This document shows, in pieces, positions 1-22,071 of a stretch of 64,000 nt of DNA (the stretch's first letter is position 1; each line of letters begins with the position of its first letter). The notes beneath the pieces were generated by a model. The model saw only the letters and a program-made list of their open reading frames with translations, made no database searches and was not told where the DNA came from. Origin of the DNA: Scyliorhinus canicula (Eukaryota); contig NC_052168.1 in NCBI RefSeq assembly GCF_902713615.1, positions 5,890,001-5,954,000 on the forward strand, read 5' to 3'. The translations under genes were made by a program, and so were the position numbers.

Positions 1-244
1 CAAACACCCTGTGATGGTTCTGGTGTCTCAACGCAATCGGTAATATAAATGGGAGAAAAAGATTGCAAAGGCACTTGGTTAGATTGTGAGTGGGCAAATC
101 TGCGGCAAATGCAGTTCGATGTGGGGAAGTGCCAAGATCATCCATTTTGGAATGAAAAAGATAAATCAGTGTTTTCCACATGGTGAGGACTGAGGAGCAA
201 TGAGAGTTCAGGATCCATGAAGCAAAAATTGCTAATAGTGGACA

Positions 245-473
245 GGGCAGCACGGTGGCGCAGTAGTTCGCACTGGGATGAACGTGCTGAGGACCCGGGT
301 TCAAATCCCAACCCTGAGTCACTGTCCATGTGGAGTTTGCACATTCTCCCTGTGTCTGCGTGGGTTTCACCCCCACAGCCCAAAAGATGTGCTGGTTCGG
401 TGGACTGGGCACGCTAAATTGCCCCTTAATTGGGAAAAATAAATAATTGAGTACTCTAAATCTATTTTTTTAA
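245..473 (+). mobile_element. HE1/V-SINE-type SINE (short form)
   Basis: tRNA-like head GGGCAGCACGGTGGCGCAGT...GGTTCAAATCC, V-domain GTGGAGTTTGCACATTCTCC; approximate TSD TAGTGGAC; absent at the homologous site upstream of copy 3. Confidence 0.85.
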
Positions 474-615
474 AAGCTAGTGGACTGCTTCAAAAACAAA
501 TTACAAAGGCTAATAGAATTTTATTCTTCATTTCATCAGGGCTGGAGCACTTATTCACACAAAGAATGTTGGAAATATGGAACTCTCTCACCAAAAAGGT
601 TGGAGGTCATTTTTT

Positions 616-958
616 CAAAGAATTTACAGTGCAGAAGGAGGCCAATCGGCGCATTGAGTCTGCACCGGCTCTTGGAAAGAGCACCCTACCCAAGGTCAAC
701 ACCTCCACCCTATCCCCATAACCCAGTAACCCCATCCAACCCTAAGGGCAATTTTGGACACTAAGGGCAATTTACCATGGCCAACCCACCTGACCTACAC
801 ATCTTTGGACTGTGGGAGGAAACCGGAGCACCCGGAGGAAACCCATGCACACACGGGGATGTGCAGACTGCGCACAGACAGCGACCCAAGCCGGAATCGA
901 ACCTGGGACCCTGGAGCTGTGAAGCAATTGTGCTATCCACAATGGTACCGTGCTGCCC
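616..958 (-). mobile_element. HE1 SINE with CR1-type tail
   Basis: Reverse complement has tRNA head, V-domain and GGCCTCCTTCTGCACTGTAAATTC tail; empty site near 18195. Confidence 0.88.
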
Positions 959-1139
959 GTAACATTTCAAAACCGATGTTGTTAAATTTTGTTATGTAAG
1001 GGGATGTAGGTAACTGGGACCGAGGCGAGTGTACAGAGTTAAAAGTCAATCTAGTCAAAATATAATTGAATAGTAGAAAATGTTTGAAGGGTTGAATGAA
1101 CCAATCACGAGTAGCCATCCTTATTTTTCCTGTATTCCA

Positions 1140-1300
1140 CAGACCTGATTTGCTCTGGGTGTCACACCCAACCCCCTCTCATTGATTAATTGGTGCCTGG
1201 ATTCATGGCAGATTCCTGATTGGCTATCAGGGATTGTCAATCATCATTGGTGATGTCATTCCCTGTTTGGATGTAGGATGTCCCAGTTGTATAAATACAA
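1140..1300 (+). promoter_or_regulatory. Copy 1 promoter: inverted CCAAT boxes, TGATGTCA, TATAAA 1290-1295
   Basis: Motif block conserved in all nine copies; distal ATTGG mutated here (ctgatttgct). Confidence 0.75.
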
Positions 1301-1359
1301 GAGCTTGTGAGGACAGAGGTCATGTTGTTGCTGTTTGCATTGGGCCATTAACCAGTAAG

Positions 1360-4030
<2,671 letters not shown>

Positions 4031-6141
4031 CTGGGCTTGTAGAATCATTGCTTCTCTATATAATAAAATGTAAATTAAGGTTGCATTCTCTGTACAGAAA
4101 TAAAAAAAAAAAGCAATTACTTGATGGATAATTTTCTCTCTCTCTAATTCAGTAGCTCATGTATTCCTAAGATTCATTACTTCCCCAGATGAGTTTGCTG
4201 ACTGGATTCGGTGACATTGCATCTTGTCTTTTGTGCTGTGAAGACAGCTTGCCCACAAGTTGTGGGAAATGTGGAGAGGACACCCAATTGTCTGTTCACT
4301 CATTGTCTCCTTGGTCAGGGTAATAATCTGCATTTTGGCCAATGTTTACTGCTACCCGAAATCTGTCCTCTCTGAAGATAATTGCCTGATGTGCAAGGTC
4401 TTAAGTGTTTCATCTGTTGAATATTTGTACAAATTAGTCATAAAATTGAAATTTACAGCAGGGGACAATCACTTCTTCCTTTAGGGAATGTGGGCATCGC
4501 AGGTTAAGCCCAGCCGTTGTTGCCCTTCAGAAGGTGGTCAGTTGCCTTGTATAGATGGTATACACACTATGCTGTTAGTGTTCCTGGAGTTCGCCCCAGT
4601 GGTAGTGAAGGAGTAGTGATTATATTCCACAGTCAGGAGAGTGAGTGACTTGGAGGGGAGCCTCAGGGATGCGGTTCCTAGGCTTCTATTGCTCTTGTCC
4701 TTCTCTGACTAGATGGGAGTGGTCATGGGTTTGGAAGGAGCTATTTCCTGCAGTGCATCTTGAAGATGGGACACACGGCTGCCACTGTGGCAGAGTTCTT
4801 CTGGCTGCGTTTCATATTTGCAGATTGTTTTTTATTACAAGCAGCAGCGACCACTATATACACTAAACCTGGATCACTACAATGTTTCTTGAGGAATTCA
4901 CTCGAATGAAATTGGTGACTTGCCACTTGTGTGCATTTAGCCAGAATTACGCACATCACCTAAATGCTCAAGTGTCAGATAATCCCAGAGTGGCTGACAG
5001 GACACATAGGCCAGGGACAGACACTACCACATCAGGCCCTGGATGCGTTGATACAGGCTGTCTGCAAGAACACGTGAGTCAACATAGTTACCCACTCACT
5101 TTTACACAAAGAACTAGATCATACTGTGGGTATCTAACTATTTTCCAGATGCAGGTGATCAACTTCGCAGAAGCCATCAGACTCCAGAATGGGCTAGTAT
5201 CTGGTCAGATGAGGGTTTTCCGAAGACAGTGGATCTTGATTGAATCATCCTGAATAAACAGGAGTATCTTCCCCCATTAACAAGATGGGGTGTGGCTGGG
5301 ACAATGGAACTCCAACCAGTTGGGGTGTATACCTATGACTCAATGCTAGCCGACATGTATAAAGGAAGGGACATTGGAACAGATCTTCAGTGATAACCTG
5401 GGAGTCCGCCAGGCACAATCATCGCAAGAAGGGACCTTGGGTTTCAAACCCAGGGACGACATCCACATCGAGTAATCGTAGCTTGGCCAGCCTCCTTCAC
5501 TAAGTAAGGGTAATACCTAGAGCTCAGCTGTGGGTCTGAGTCAGAGAATTGTGAATCAAATTGCATTAAACCGTGAACCTGATCTGTCCTTTGTTCATCT
5601 CGCAAATAAAGGTACCTGGGCAAAACCTTTGAGTAATTAACTGATAAAAGTATGTGAGATTTTACAAACACAACACCAGAAAAAATAATGATCTTGAAGA
5701 TCCACGCTAATAATGCTTATTTTCCTTCTTGGAGTGATATTCAGATATCAATATACATGATCAATGTATGTAAATGTAGTAAAGTCATTTCAACACTTGA
5801 TGGCTCGCAGTCAGATACTATAAGAACTGATTGCCCACCTTTTGTAAGTCACATGATTGAGAACAGTGAACAAGCAAAACATAGTACAGCTAGACTGAGA
5901 GAAGTTAGAACTAATTTATTATAATAGTGTACAGTTATATAGTTATCTGTGTTGTACTTTATGAGTTTAGTATTGAGTAAAAGAACTCACAGTTTATTAT
6001 TTTATTACTCGTCAAATAGTTAATCTTTCAACAAGAAGACTATTGGTCATTTTATCATCCTGGTGGATTCAAGAGTAATATATATATTTTATATAAGTCA
6101 TTATTTAAAATATAACACTTCTTCTGACTTGATGTTTTCAG

Positions 6142-6286
6142 CTTTGTGACTTCCTGGAGACACTACTTGGATGAACAAGTGAAGATGATCAAGAAGCTCG
6201 GAGATCACATCACCAACCTGAAGAGACTGGGAGCCCCTGAGAATGTCACGGGAGCTAACCTGTTTGACAAGCTCACCCTGGACTGA
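6142..6286 (+). pseudogene. Orphan ferritin exon 4 with 2-nt deletion
   Basis: Acceptor ttttcag followed by exon-4 sequence; GAGACTCAC has become GAGACAC, a frameshift giving [10 protein letters not shown]; no associated exons 1-3. Confidence 0.88.
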
Positions 6287-7206
6287 CTGAAACTCAAGAT
6301 TACTTCTATGTCTGGTGGAAGTTGTGATCAAATTCGGTGACTAGTTTGTACTCAATTCCCATTTGATTGTTGCTGCATTTGAAAATGAAAATAACAATGT
6401 TGATCACTGAGTTGATCTTTGTCTTTATTTGTATCATTAATTCAGCGACAGATATGATTATTCAGATCATGAAGGTTCCTACCTGTCTAACATCTAGTCC
6501 AAACTTTCCTTTAAATTTCCCTCAGTCCTGCCCAGCTACCTAAACGTGATTGAATCCCTGCCCACAGTCAGCGCTGACCGCAATAGATGGATAGAGAATG
6601 ACCTGCACCCGAAAGGCCACAAGAATCTGCCAAGTGGCGGCACAGTGGTTTGCACTGCTGCCTCACAACACAAGGCTGAATCACAATCTCTCAATTTGGA
6701 TTCCGAAACATTCCGGGCGTCTCTGAAACTGTAACCTGCTACTTCCTCCTGCCGGGGGGATGGAATATCGTGCCATTGTGGGAAAGGGCAGTGAATTGAT
6801 GTCTTTACTTCACTTGCATCTGTCAAGGTGGGAGGCGCAATTTGAGTTTCTGTATTAGGTTGTCACAAACCGCACTCTGTATAGCTGAAGATTTGGATTG
6901 TTTTTGTATTCAGTACATAATAAAGCATCAACCAGCTTGAGGACATTTAACTGCTGCTTACATCCTATTGTCCGAGGGTTCCTACTGAGCAGAAACTGGA
7001 CAATAGAAGCACAAGAAACCCTTGATTCAGAGAGAATTGTTTTTTTTCTCGACAAGTCCTCACAATAGAATTTAGGTTTGCAGAAGGTGATGAACACTGG
7101 GGTGTTCATTGTCATTCAATTTGGGGATGAAATGCCACATCACGCTTTACAGTGACTGAGCAATTGTATTTTCCACTCTAACATTTTCCTTCCTCCAACT
7201 TGGAGC

Positions 7207-7455
7207 CATGGAATCACTACAGTGCAGAAGGAGGCCATTCAGCCCATCGGGTCTGCACCAACGCTCCAAAAGCTCACCCTACCTAGGCCCGCAACCAATT
7301 CCACTAACCCCACCTAACCTTTTGGACACTAAGGGGGAATTTACTGTGGCCAATCCATCTAACCTGTGGGAGGAGCAGACGCGGGGAGAATATACAAACT
7401 CCAGGCAGTCAACCAAGGTTGGAATTGAACCTGGGTCCCTGGCACTGAGGCAGCA
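7207..7455 (-). mobile_element. Degenerate HE1-type SINE
   Basis: Same tail as 616-958; a fuller paralog lies at ~15477-15791. Confidence 0.75.
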
Positions 7456-7889
7456 CCTTGGCAGATTCTTCTGCTGATCGCTCTCTTTTCCATGTTGTGT
7501 GGTCATTGCGGCAAATGTTGGAATCGTGGATTCACAAGAGGTAACGCGCATGCCATTGTGATTATTAGGAAAAAAGTAAGCACCTGGAATTGTCAGAATT
7601 CTTCGGACATGATGGTCAGGGGTTAGGATGTACGAGTGTAGAAATACTGGGTGGCATCTTATCAGAATTTGGCCACCACCATGAAACTATCGCCTGTACA
7701 AGGGAGCAGTGCCTTGTCCCTTGTTTCCCCCATTGTCCACGCTGGCTAGACTTACTCTAGCACCCTCATACTGATCCCCTCAACATCACATCAGCGATGT
7801 ATGAATATTTAGTGCGAGGGCAACGTGTGGCAGGGAGACTCGTTAATAATAAAGTTTATTAATTTCCATTAAAATGATATTCCCGGTTC

Positions 7890-8103
7890 GGCAGGGTGGC
7901 GCAGTGGGTTAGCACTGCTGCCTCACGGTACCGAGTCCCAGGTTCGATCCTGGCTCTGGGTTACTGTCCATGTGGAGTTTGCACATTCTCTCCATGTTAG
8001 CATGGGTTTTGTCCCCACAACCCAAAAAAATGTGCAGGCTCGGTGGATTGGCCATGTCAAATTGCCAATGAATTGGGTCATCGAAATTCATTTTAAAAAT
8101 TTA
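7890..8103 (+). mobile_element. HE1-type SINE (short form)
   Basis: tRNA head and V-domain; absent in the homologous region near 16915. Confidence 0.8.
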
Positions 8104-8541
8104 TATTCCCACCGTTGCGGGGGTGACCATGTGACGTCACTGATGAGGGCTGGGGAACATCGGGAAACATCCGGAGAGAATTGCATTTCCTGATTTTTCC
8201 GGAATTTCAGTCCATGTCGCCACGCCTTCTGACGGCGATCCCGGGCGACAAGTCGCCCTCATTGGATGTGGACCAAAACTGGTAGGATGTGATGGGTCAA
8301 ACACCCTGTGATGGTTCTGGTGTCTCAACGCAATCGGTAATATAAATGGGAGAAAAAGATTGCAAAGGCACTTGGTTAGATTGTGAGTGGGCAAATCTGC
8401 GGCAAATGCAGTTCGATGTGGGGAAGTGCCAAGATCATCCATTTTGGAATGAAAAGGATAAATCAGTGTTTTCCACATGGTGAGGACTGAGGAGCAATGA
8501 GAGTTCAGGATCCATGAAGCAGAAATTGCTAATAGTGGACA

Positions 8542-8770
8542 GGGCAGCACGGTGGCGCAGTAGTTCACACTGGGACGAACGTGCTGAGGACCCGGGTTCA
8601 AATCCCAACCCTGAGTCACTGTCCATGTGGAGTTTGCACATTCTGCCTGTGTCTGCGTGGGTTTCACCCCCACAACCCAAAGATGTGCTGGTTAGGTGGA
8701 TTGGGCACGCTAAATTGCCCCTTAATTGGGAAAAATAAATAATTGAGTACTCTAAATTTATTTTTTAAAA
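8542..8770 (+). mobile_element. HE1-type SINE (paralog of 245-473)
   Basis: Duplicated with the repeat unit. Confidence 0.85.
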
Positions 8771-8911
8771 AGCTAGTGGACTGCTTCAAAAACAAATTAC
8801 AAAGGCTAATAGAATTTTATTCTTCATCTCATCAGGGCTGGAGCACTTAATCACACAAAGAATGTTGGAAATATGGAACTCTCTCACCAAAAAGGTTGGA
8901 GGTCATTTTTT

Positions 8912-9257
8912 CATAGAATTTACAGTGCAGAAGGAGGCCAATCGGCCCATTGAGTCTGCACCGGCTCTTGGAAAGAGCACCCTACCCAAGGTCAACACCT
9001 CCACTCTATCCCCATAACCCAGTAACCCCACCCAACACTAAGGGCAATTTTGGACACTAAGGGCAATTTACCATGGCCAATCCACCTGACCTACACATCT
9101 TTGGACTGTGGGAGGAAACCGGAGCACCCGGAGGAAACCCATGCACACACGGGGAGGATGTGCAGACTCCGCACAGACTGTGACTCAAGCCGGAATCGAA
9201 CCTGGGACCCTGGATCTGTGAAGCAATTGTGCTATCCACAATGCTACCGTGCTGCCC
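8912..9257 (-). mobile_element. HE1 SINE (paralog of 616-958)
   Basis: Duplicated with the repeat unit. Confidence 0.88.
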
Positions 9258-9439
9258 GTAACATTTCAAAACCGATGTTGTTAAATTTTGTTATGTAAGG
9301 GGATGTAGGGAACTAGGACTGAGGCGAGTGTACAGAGTTAAAAGTCAATCCAGTCAAAATATAACTGGATTGTAAAAATGCTTGAAGGGTTGAATGACAC
9401 GATTACAGAGTAACCATCCTTATCTTTCCTGTATTCCAC

Positions 9440-9600
9440 AGACCTGATTGGCTCTGGGTATCACACCCAAACCCACTCTCATTGATTAATTGGTGCCTGG
9501 ATTCATGGCAGATTCCTGATTGGCTATCAGAGATTGTCAATCATCATTGGTGATGTAATTCCCTGTTTGAATGTAGGATGTCCCAGTTGTATAAATACAA
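9440..9600 (+). promoter_or_regulatory. Copy 2 promoter: ATTGG at 9447, 9489, 9519, 9546; TGATGTAAT 9551; TATAAA 9590
   Basis: Direct motif reading; conserved across paralogs. Confidence 0.75.
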
Positions 9601-9659
9601 GAGTTTGTGAGGACAGAGGTCATGTTGTTGCTGTTTGCATTGGGCCATTAACCAGTAAG

Positions 9660-12329
<2,670 letters not shown>

Positions 12330-14414
12330 CTGGGCTTGTAGAATCATTGCTTCTCTATATAATAAAATGTAAATTAAGGTTGCATTCTCTGTACAGAAAT
12401 AAAAAAAACAATTACTTGATGGATAATTTTCTCTCTCTCTCTAATTCAGTAGCTCATGTATTCCTAAGATTCATTACTTCCCCAGATGAGTTTGCTGACT
12501 GGGTTCGGTGACATTTCATCATGTCTTTTGTGCTGTGAAGACAGCTTGCCTGCAAGTTGTGGGAAATGGGGAGAGGACCCCCAATTGACTGTTCACTCAT
12601 TGTCTCCTTGGTCAGGGTAATCATCTGCATTTTAGCCAATGCTACGTGACATTCATCCTCTCTGAAGATCATTGCCTGATGTGCAAGGTCTTGAGTGTTT
12701 CATCTGTTGAATATTTGTACGAATTAGTCATAAAATTGAAATTTGGAGCAGGGGACAATCACTTCTTCCTTTAGGGGATGTGGGCAGTGCAAGCTAAACC
12801 CAGCTGTCAGAAGGTGGTCAGTTGCCTTAAATAGATGAAGGTATACCCACTATGCTGTTAGTGTTCCTGGAGTTTGCCGCAGTAGTGATTATATTCCACA
12901 GTCAGGATAGTGAGTGACTTGGAGGGGAGCCTCCAGGGCTGCGGTTCTTAGGCTTCTATTGCTCTTCTCCTTCTCTGACTAGATGGGAGTGGACATGGGT
13001 TTGGAAGGAGCTATTTCCTGCAGTGCATCTTGTAGATGGGACACATGGCTGCTACTGTGGCAGAGTTCTTCTGGCTTTATTTCATATTTGCAGATTGTTT
13101 TTTATTACAAGCAGCAGAGACCGCTATATACACTAAACCTGGATCACTACAATGTTTCTTGAGGAATTCACTCGAATGAAATTGGTGACTTGCCACTTGT
13201 GTGCATTTAGCCAGAATTACGCACATCTCCTAAATGCTGAAGTGTCAGATAATCCCAGAGTGGCTGACAGGAAACATAGGCCAGGTACAGACACTACCAC
13301 ATCAGGCCCTGGATGCGTTGATACAGGCTGTCTGCAAGAACACGCGAGTCAACATAGTTACCCACTCACTTTTACACAAAGAACTAGATCATACTGTGGG
13401 TATCTAACTAAGTTCCAGATGTAGGTGATCAACTTTGCAGAAGCCATCAGACTCCAGAATGGGCTAGTATCTGGTCAGATGAGGGTTTTCCGAAGATAGT
13501 GGATCTTGATTGAATCATCCTGAATAAACAGGAGTATCTTCCCCCATTAACAAGATGGGGTGTGGCTGGGACAATGGAACTCCAACCAGTTGGGGTGTAT
13601 GCCTATGACTCAATGCTATCAGACATGTATAAAGGAAGGGACATTGGAACAGATCTTCAGCGATAACCTGGGAGTCTGCCAGGCACAATCATTGCAAAAA
13701 GAAGGGAACTTGGGTTTAAAACTCAGGGAAGACATCCACATCGAGTGATTGTAGCTTGGCCAGCCTCCTTCACTAAGTAAGGGTAATAACTAGAGCTCAG
13801 CTGTGGGTCTGAGTCAGAGAATTGTGAATAAAATTACATTAAACCGTGAACCTGATTTGTCCTTTGTTCATCTCGCAAATAAAGGTACCTGGGCAAAACC
13901 TTTGAGTAATTAACTGATAAAAGTATGTGAGATTTTACAAACACAACACCAGAAAAAATAATGATCTTGAAGATCCACGCTAATAATGCTTATTTTCCTT
14001 CTTGGAGTGATATTCAGATATCAATATACATGATCAATGTATGTAAATGTAGTAAAGTCATTTCAACACTTGATGGCTCACAGTCAGATACTATAAGAAC
14101 TGATTGCCCACCTTTTGTAAGTCACATGATTGAGAACAGTGAACAAGCAAAACATAGTACAGCTAGACTGAGAGAAGTTAGAACTAATTTATTATAATAG
14201 TGTACAGTTATATAGTTATCTGTGTTGTACTTTATGAGTTTAGTATTGAGTAAAAGAACTCACAGTTTATTATTTTATTACTCGTCAAATAGTTAATCTT
14301 TCAACAAGAAGACTATTGGTCATTTTATCATCCTGGTGGATTCAAGAGTAATATATATATTTTATATAAGTCATTATTTAAAATATAACACTTCTTCTGA
14401 CTTGATGTTTTCAG

Positions 14415-14559
14415 CTTTGTGACTTCCTGGAGACACTACTTGGATGAACAAGTGAAGATGATCAAGAAGCTCGGAGATCACATCACCAACCTGAAGAGAC
14501 TGGGAGCCCCTGAGAATGTCACGGGAGCGAACCTGTTTGACAAGCTCACCCTGGACTGA
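14415..14559 (+). pseudogene. Orphan ferritin exon 4 with the same 2-nt deletion
   Basis: Duplicate of 6142..6286 within repeat unit 2. Confidence 0.88.
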
Positions 14560-15476
14560 CTGAAACTCAAGAATACTTCTATGTCTGGTGGAAGTTGTGA
14601 TCAAATTCGGTGACTAGTTTGTACTCAATTCCCATTTGATTGTTGCTGCATTTGAAAATGAAAATGTTGATCACTGAGTTGATCTTTGTCTTTATTTGTA
14701 TCATTAATTCAGCGACAGATATGATTATTCAGATCATGAAGGTTCCTACCTGTCTAACATCTAGTCCAAACTTTCCTTTAAATTTCCCTCAGTCCTGCCC
14801 AGCTGCCTAAACGTGATTGAATCCCTGCCCACAGTCAGCACTGACCGCAATAGATGGATAGAGAATGACCTGCACCCGAAAGGCCACAAGAATCTGCCAA
14901 GTGGCGGCACAGTGGTTTGCACTGCTGCCTCACAACACAAGGCTGAATCACAATCTCTCAATTGGGATTCCGAAACATTCCGGGCGTCTCTGAAACTGTA
15001 ACCTGCCACTTCCTCCTGCCGGGGGATGGAATATCGTGCCGTTGTGGGAAAGGGCAGGGAATTGATGTCTTTACTTCACTTGCATCTGTCAAGGTGGGAG
15101 GCGCAATTTGAGTTTCTGTATTAGGTTGTCACAAACCGCACTCTGTATAGCTGAAGATATGGATTGTTTTTGTATTGTGTACATAATAAAGCATCAACCA
15201 GCTTGAGGACATTTAACTGCTGCTTACATCCTATTGTCCGAGGGGCCCTACTGGAGTAGAAAGCGGGCAATAGAAACACAAGAAACCCTTGATTCAGAGA
15301 GAACTGTTTTTTTTTTTCTCGACAAGTCCTCACAATAGAATTTAGGTTTGCAGAAGGTGATGAACACTGGGGTGTTCATTGTCATTCAATTTGGGGATAA
15401 AATGCCACATCACGCTTTACAGTGACTGAGCAATTGTATTTTCCACCCTAACTTTTTCCTTCCTCCAACTTGGAGC

Positions 15477-15791
15477 CATGGAATCACTACAGTGCTGAAG
15501 GAGGCCATTCAGCCCATCGGGTCTGCACCAACGCTCCAAAAGCTCACCCTACCTAGGCCCGCAACTAATTCCACTAACCCCACCTAACCTTTTGGACACT
15601 AAGGGACAATTTAGCATGGCCAATCCACCTAACCTGCACATCTTTGGACTGTGGGAGGAAACCGGAGCACCCGGAGGGAAACCCACGCACACACGAGGAG
15701 AAAGTTCAAACTCCACTCAGACAGTCAACCGTGGCAGGAATTGAACCCGGGTCCTGGCGTTGTGAGGCAGCAGTGCTAACCACTGTGCCAC
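15477..15791 (-). mobile_element. HE1-type SINE
   Basis: tRNA head, V-domain and CR1-type tail on the minus strand. Confidence 0.82.
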
Positions 15792-16304
15792 CACTTCCAG
15801 ATTCTTGTGTCCTTTCTGGCGCAGGTCAGTCTCTATCCATCTATTGTGTTCAGCGCTGGAAATGTTGGTATCAGGGAATCATTCGCGAACCACCAGAACC
15901 TGCATCAATCTCCACAGTGGGTAACACAGAAGCCGCTGTGTTCAGCACCACCTGCAGCACAGAGTGTCTATTTGCCACCGGAGATGTTGCGACACAATGA
16001 TTCGAGAACGGGGTTCAGTTTGAGCAAAGTCGATGAAACAAAAGCTCCATCGTTTACAAAATTCCACACATGATCATTCGGAAAAATGGAAGCGCCTGGA
16101 ATTGGCAGAATCCTTTACACATGGTTGGGAGGTGGTTAGGATATCGGGCGGTAGAAATACTGGGTGGAACCTGACCAGAATTTGGCTACCCCCTATCACC
16201 ACCACCACCATCACGGAACTATCACCTGTGCAAGGGAGCAGTTCTGGGGGACAGTGCCCGTCCCCTTCTACCCGCGCCCCCCGCTCCCCAGGGGCTATAC
16301 TTAC

Positions 16305-16782
16305 TGTGGTGATATGCATCACTGTAAATTCACAAGGAGTTAATGTAAGTACATGTAGACTAGCGAGACACTAGAGGGAGCACCAGATACATGACACACA
16401 GGCATTCAACCAATAGGTCAGTAAGATAGGACACGACCAATGGGCATTCACGATACACACAGAGGTGACACTACCACAGGGGGGGCATTACACCAACCCA
16501 TATATAAAGGACACAGCACACATGATCTTCCTCTTTCTAACGGAGACACTCAGTGAGTACAGACACAGGGTTGATTGAACATCACACCCACCACGTGGAT
16601 TGTAGCAGACTGGTTCGTCAGTCTCAGTAGCTATAGAAGGATTAACAGTAGAGTCGAATCCAAGTCGGAGAATTGTTAATAGTTCAATAAACGTGTTAAA
16701 GCTATCTCCACGTCTGAACCTTCCTTTGTCAGAGTGAACATCAAGGAAGCAGCTTATGCGACATCAAGAGCATAACAAGACA
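16305..16782 (+). mobile_element. Solo LTR (478 bp)
   Basis: TG...CA termini, perfect 5-bp TSD CTTAC, internal CCAAT x2, TATATAAA near 16501, AATAAA near 16686; single CTTAC at the empty paralogous site 7751-7755. Confidence 0.88.
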
Positions 16783-16979
16783 CTTACCTTTGCATCCTCA
16801 TAAAGATCCAATCAACATCATATCTGCGATGTGTGGACATTTGCTGCGTGGGAATTGTGTGGCAGGAAGACCCGGTAATAATATTAAAGTTTATTAAATT
16901 CCATGAAAATGATATTCCCACTGTTGCAGGGGTGACCTTCTGATGTCGCTGGTGAGTGCTGGGGAAAATCGGGAAACAT

Positions 16980-17674
16980 GGGGGGGAATCGGAGGGGCGG
17001 GAAACTCCGGCGAGTCGGAGTAGCGTGAATCACTCCGGCGTCGGGCCGCCCCAAAGGTGCAGAATCCTCCGCACCTTCAGGGGCTAGGTACACCCCGGAG
17101 TGGTTTGTGTGCCGCCTGCCAGCGGGGAAGGGGCGAGTTGGTGCATGCGCTGGAGTGCCAACGTGTGCTGGCGTCATCCCCGCGCATGTGCAGAGGCCTT
17201 TGTTTCCGCATCGAGAATGGCGGACCGGTACAGCCTCCGGTGCGGAAGGATAGAGTGCCCCCCACGGCACAGGCCGGCCCGCGGATCAGTGGGCCCCGAT
17301 CGCGGGCCAGGCCACCTTGGGAGCACCTCCTGGGACCAGATACCCCCGGGCCCCCCCAAGAACCCCGAAGGCCGCCCGCGCCGCCAGGTCCCGCCGGTAA
17401 GGACCTACTCCAATTTACGCCGGCGGGACTGGCAAAAAGCGGGCAGGACTTGGGGCCATCGTGGGCCGGAGAATTTGGGAAGACCCCGTGGCCCATTGAG
17501 TCGCGCCGGTCCCCGCCATTTTCCAAGGCGGGCGGCGCGATTCACGCCCAGGCCATATTTGGGGGGCCAGAGAATCCGGAGGACGGCAGGGGCGGGATTC
17601 ACGCCGACCCCGACGATTCGCCGACCCCGACGATTCTCCGACCCGGCGGGAGGGGGGATCGGCGAATCCTGTCC
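16980..17674. mobile_element. GC-rich MITE-like insertion
   Basis: CpG-rich block with GGGCGGGATTC / GAATCC-type inverted motifs; absent at the paralogous site near 8170. Confidence 0.65.
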
Positions 17675-18377
17675 ATGATCTCTCCAGCGAGAATTACGTT
17701 TCCTGATTTCTCCTGATTTTCCGTCCAAGTCGCCGCACCTTCTGACAACAATCCCGGGCTAAAAATCACCCTCATTGGATCCGTACAAAAGCTGGCAGGA
17801 TGTGACGAGTCAAACACCACGTGATGGTTCTGGTGTCTCAACGCAGTGGGTAATATAAATGGCAGCAAAGGTTGCAAAGGCACATGGATAGGTTGTGAGT
17901 GGGCAAATCTGTGGCAAATGCAGTTTGATCTGAGAGAGAGCCAAGGTCATCCATTTTGGAACGAGAAAGATAAATCAGAGTGTTTTCCAAATGGTGAGGA
18001 GTGAGGTATTCTGGAGGAGCGGTGAGAGTTCAGGATCCATGAATAGAAATTACTTAAAGCTAGCGGATAGCTTCAAAAACAAATTACAAAAGCTAATAGA
18101 ATTTTATTCTTCATCTCATGAGGGCTGGAGCACTTATTCACACAAAGAATGTTGGAAATATGGAACCCTCTCACCAAAAAGGTTGGAGGTCATTTTAACA
18201 TTGCAAAACTGGTGTTGTTAAATTTTGTTATGTAAGTGGATGTAGGTAACTGGGACCGAGGCGAGTGTACAGAGTTAAAATTCAGTCCAGTCAAAATATA
18301 ATTGAATGATAAAAATGCTTGAAGGGTTGAATGACACGATCACAGAGTAACCATCCTTATCTTTCCTGTATTCCACA

Positions 18378-18537
18378 GACCTGATTGGCTCTGGGTATCA
18401 CACCCAACCCCGCTCTCATTGATTAATTGGTGCCTGGATTCATGACAGATTCCTGATTGGCTATCAGAGATTGTCAATCATCATTGGTGATGTCATTCCC
18501 TGTTTGAATGCAGGATGTCCCAGTTGTATAAATACAA
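18378..18537 (+). promoter_or_regulatory. Copy 3 promoter, TATAAA 18527
   Basis: Same CCAAT/CRE-like/TATA block. Confidence 0.75.
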
Positions 18538-18596
18538 GAGCTTGTGAGGCCAGAGGTTATGTTGTTGCTGTTTGACTCTGACTCTAAATCTGTAAG

Positions 18597-22071
<3,475 letters not shown>

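Noticed and set aside
1234-1359. N-terminal extension or signal peptide upstream of the ferritin ATG
   Set aside because: It starts at a non-ATG codon, overlaps the TATA and CCAAT block, and is closed by stops in other copies.
4882-5253. 123-aa ORF in the family A spacer
   Set aside because: Truncated in the unit 2 paralog (90 aa), not maintained in unit 3, and no recognisable motif.
17057-17716. 219-aa ORF and overlapping ORFs
   Set aside because: Stop-poor GC-rich insertion, open in several frames, with no recognisable domain.
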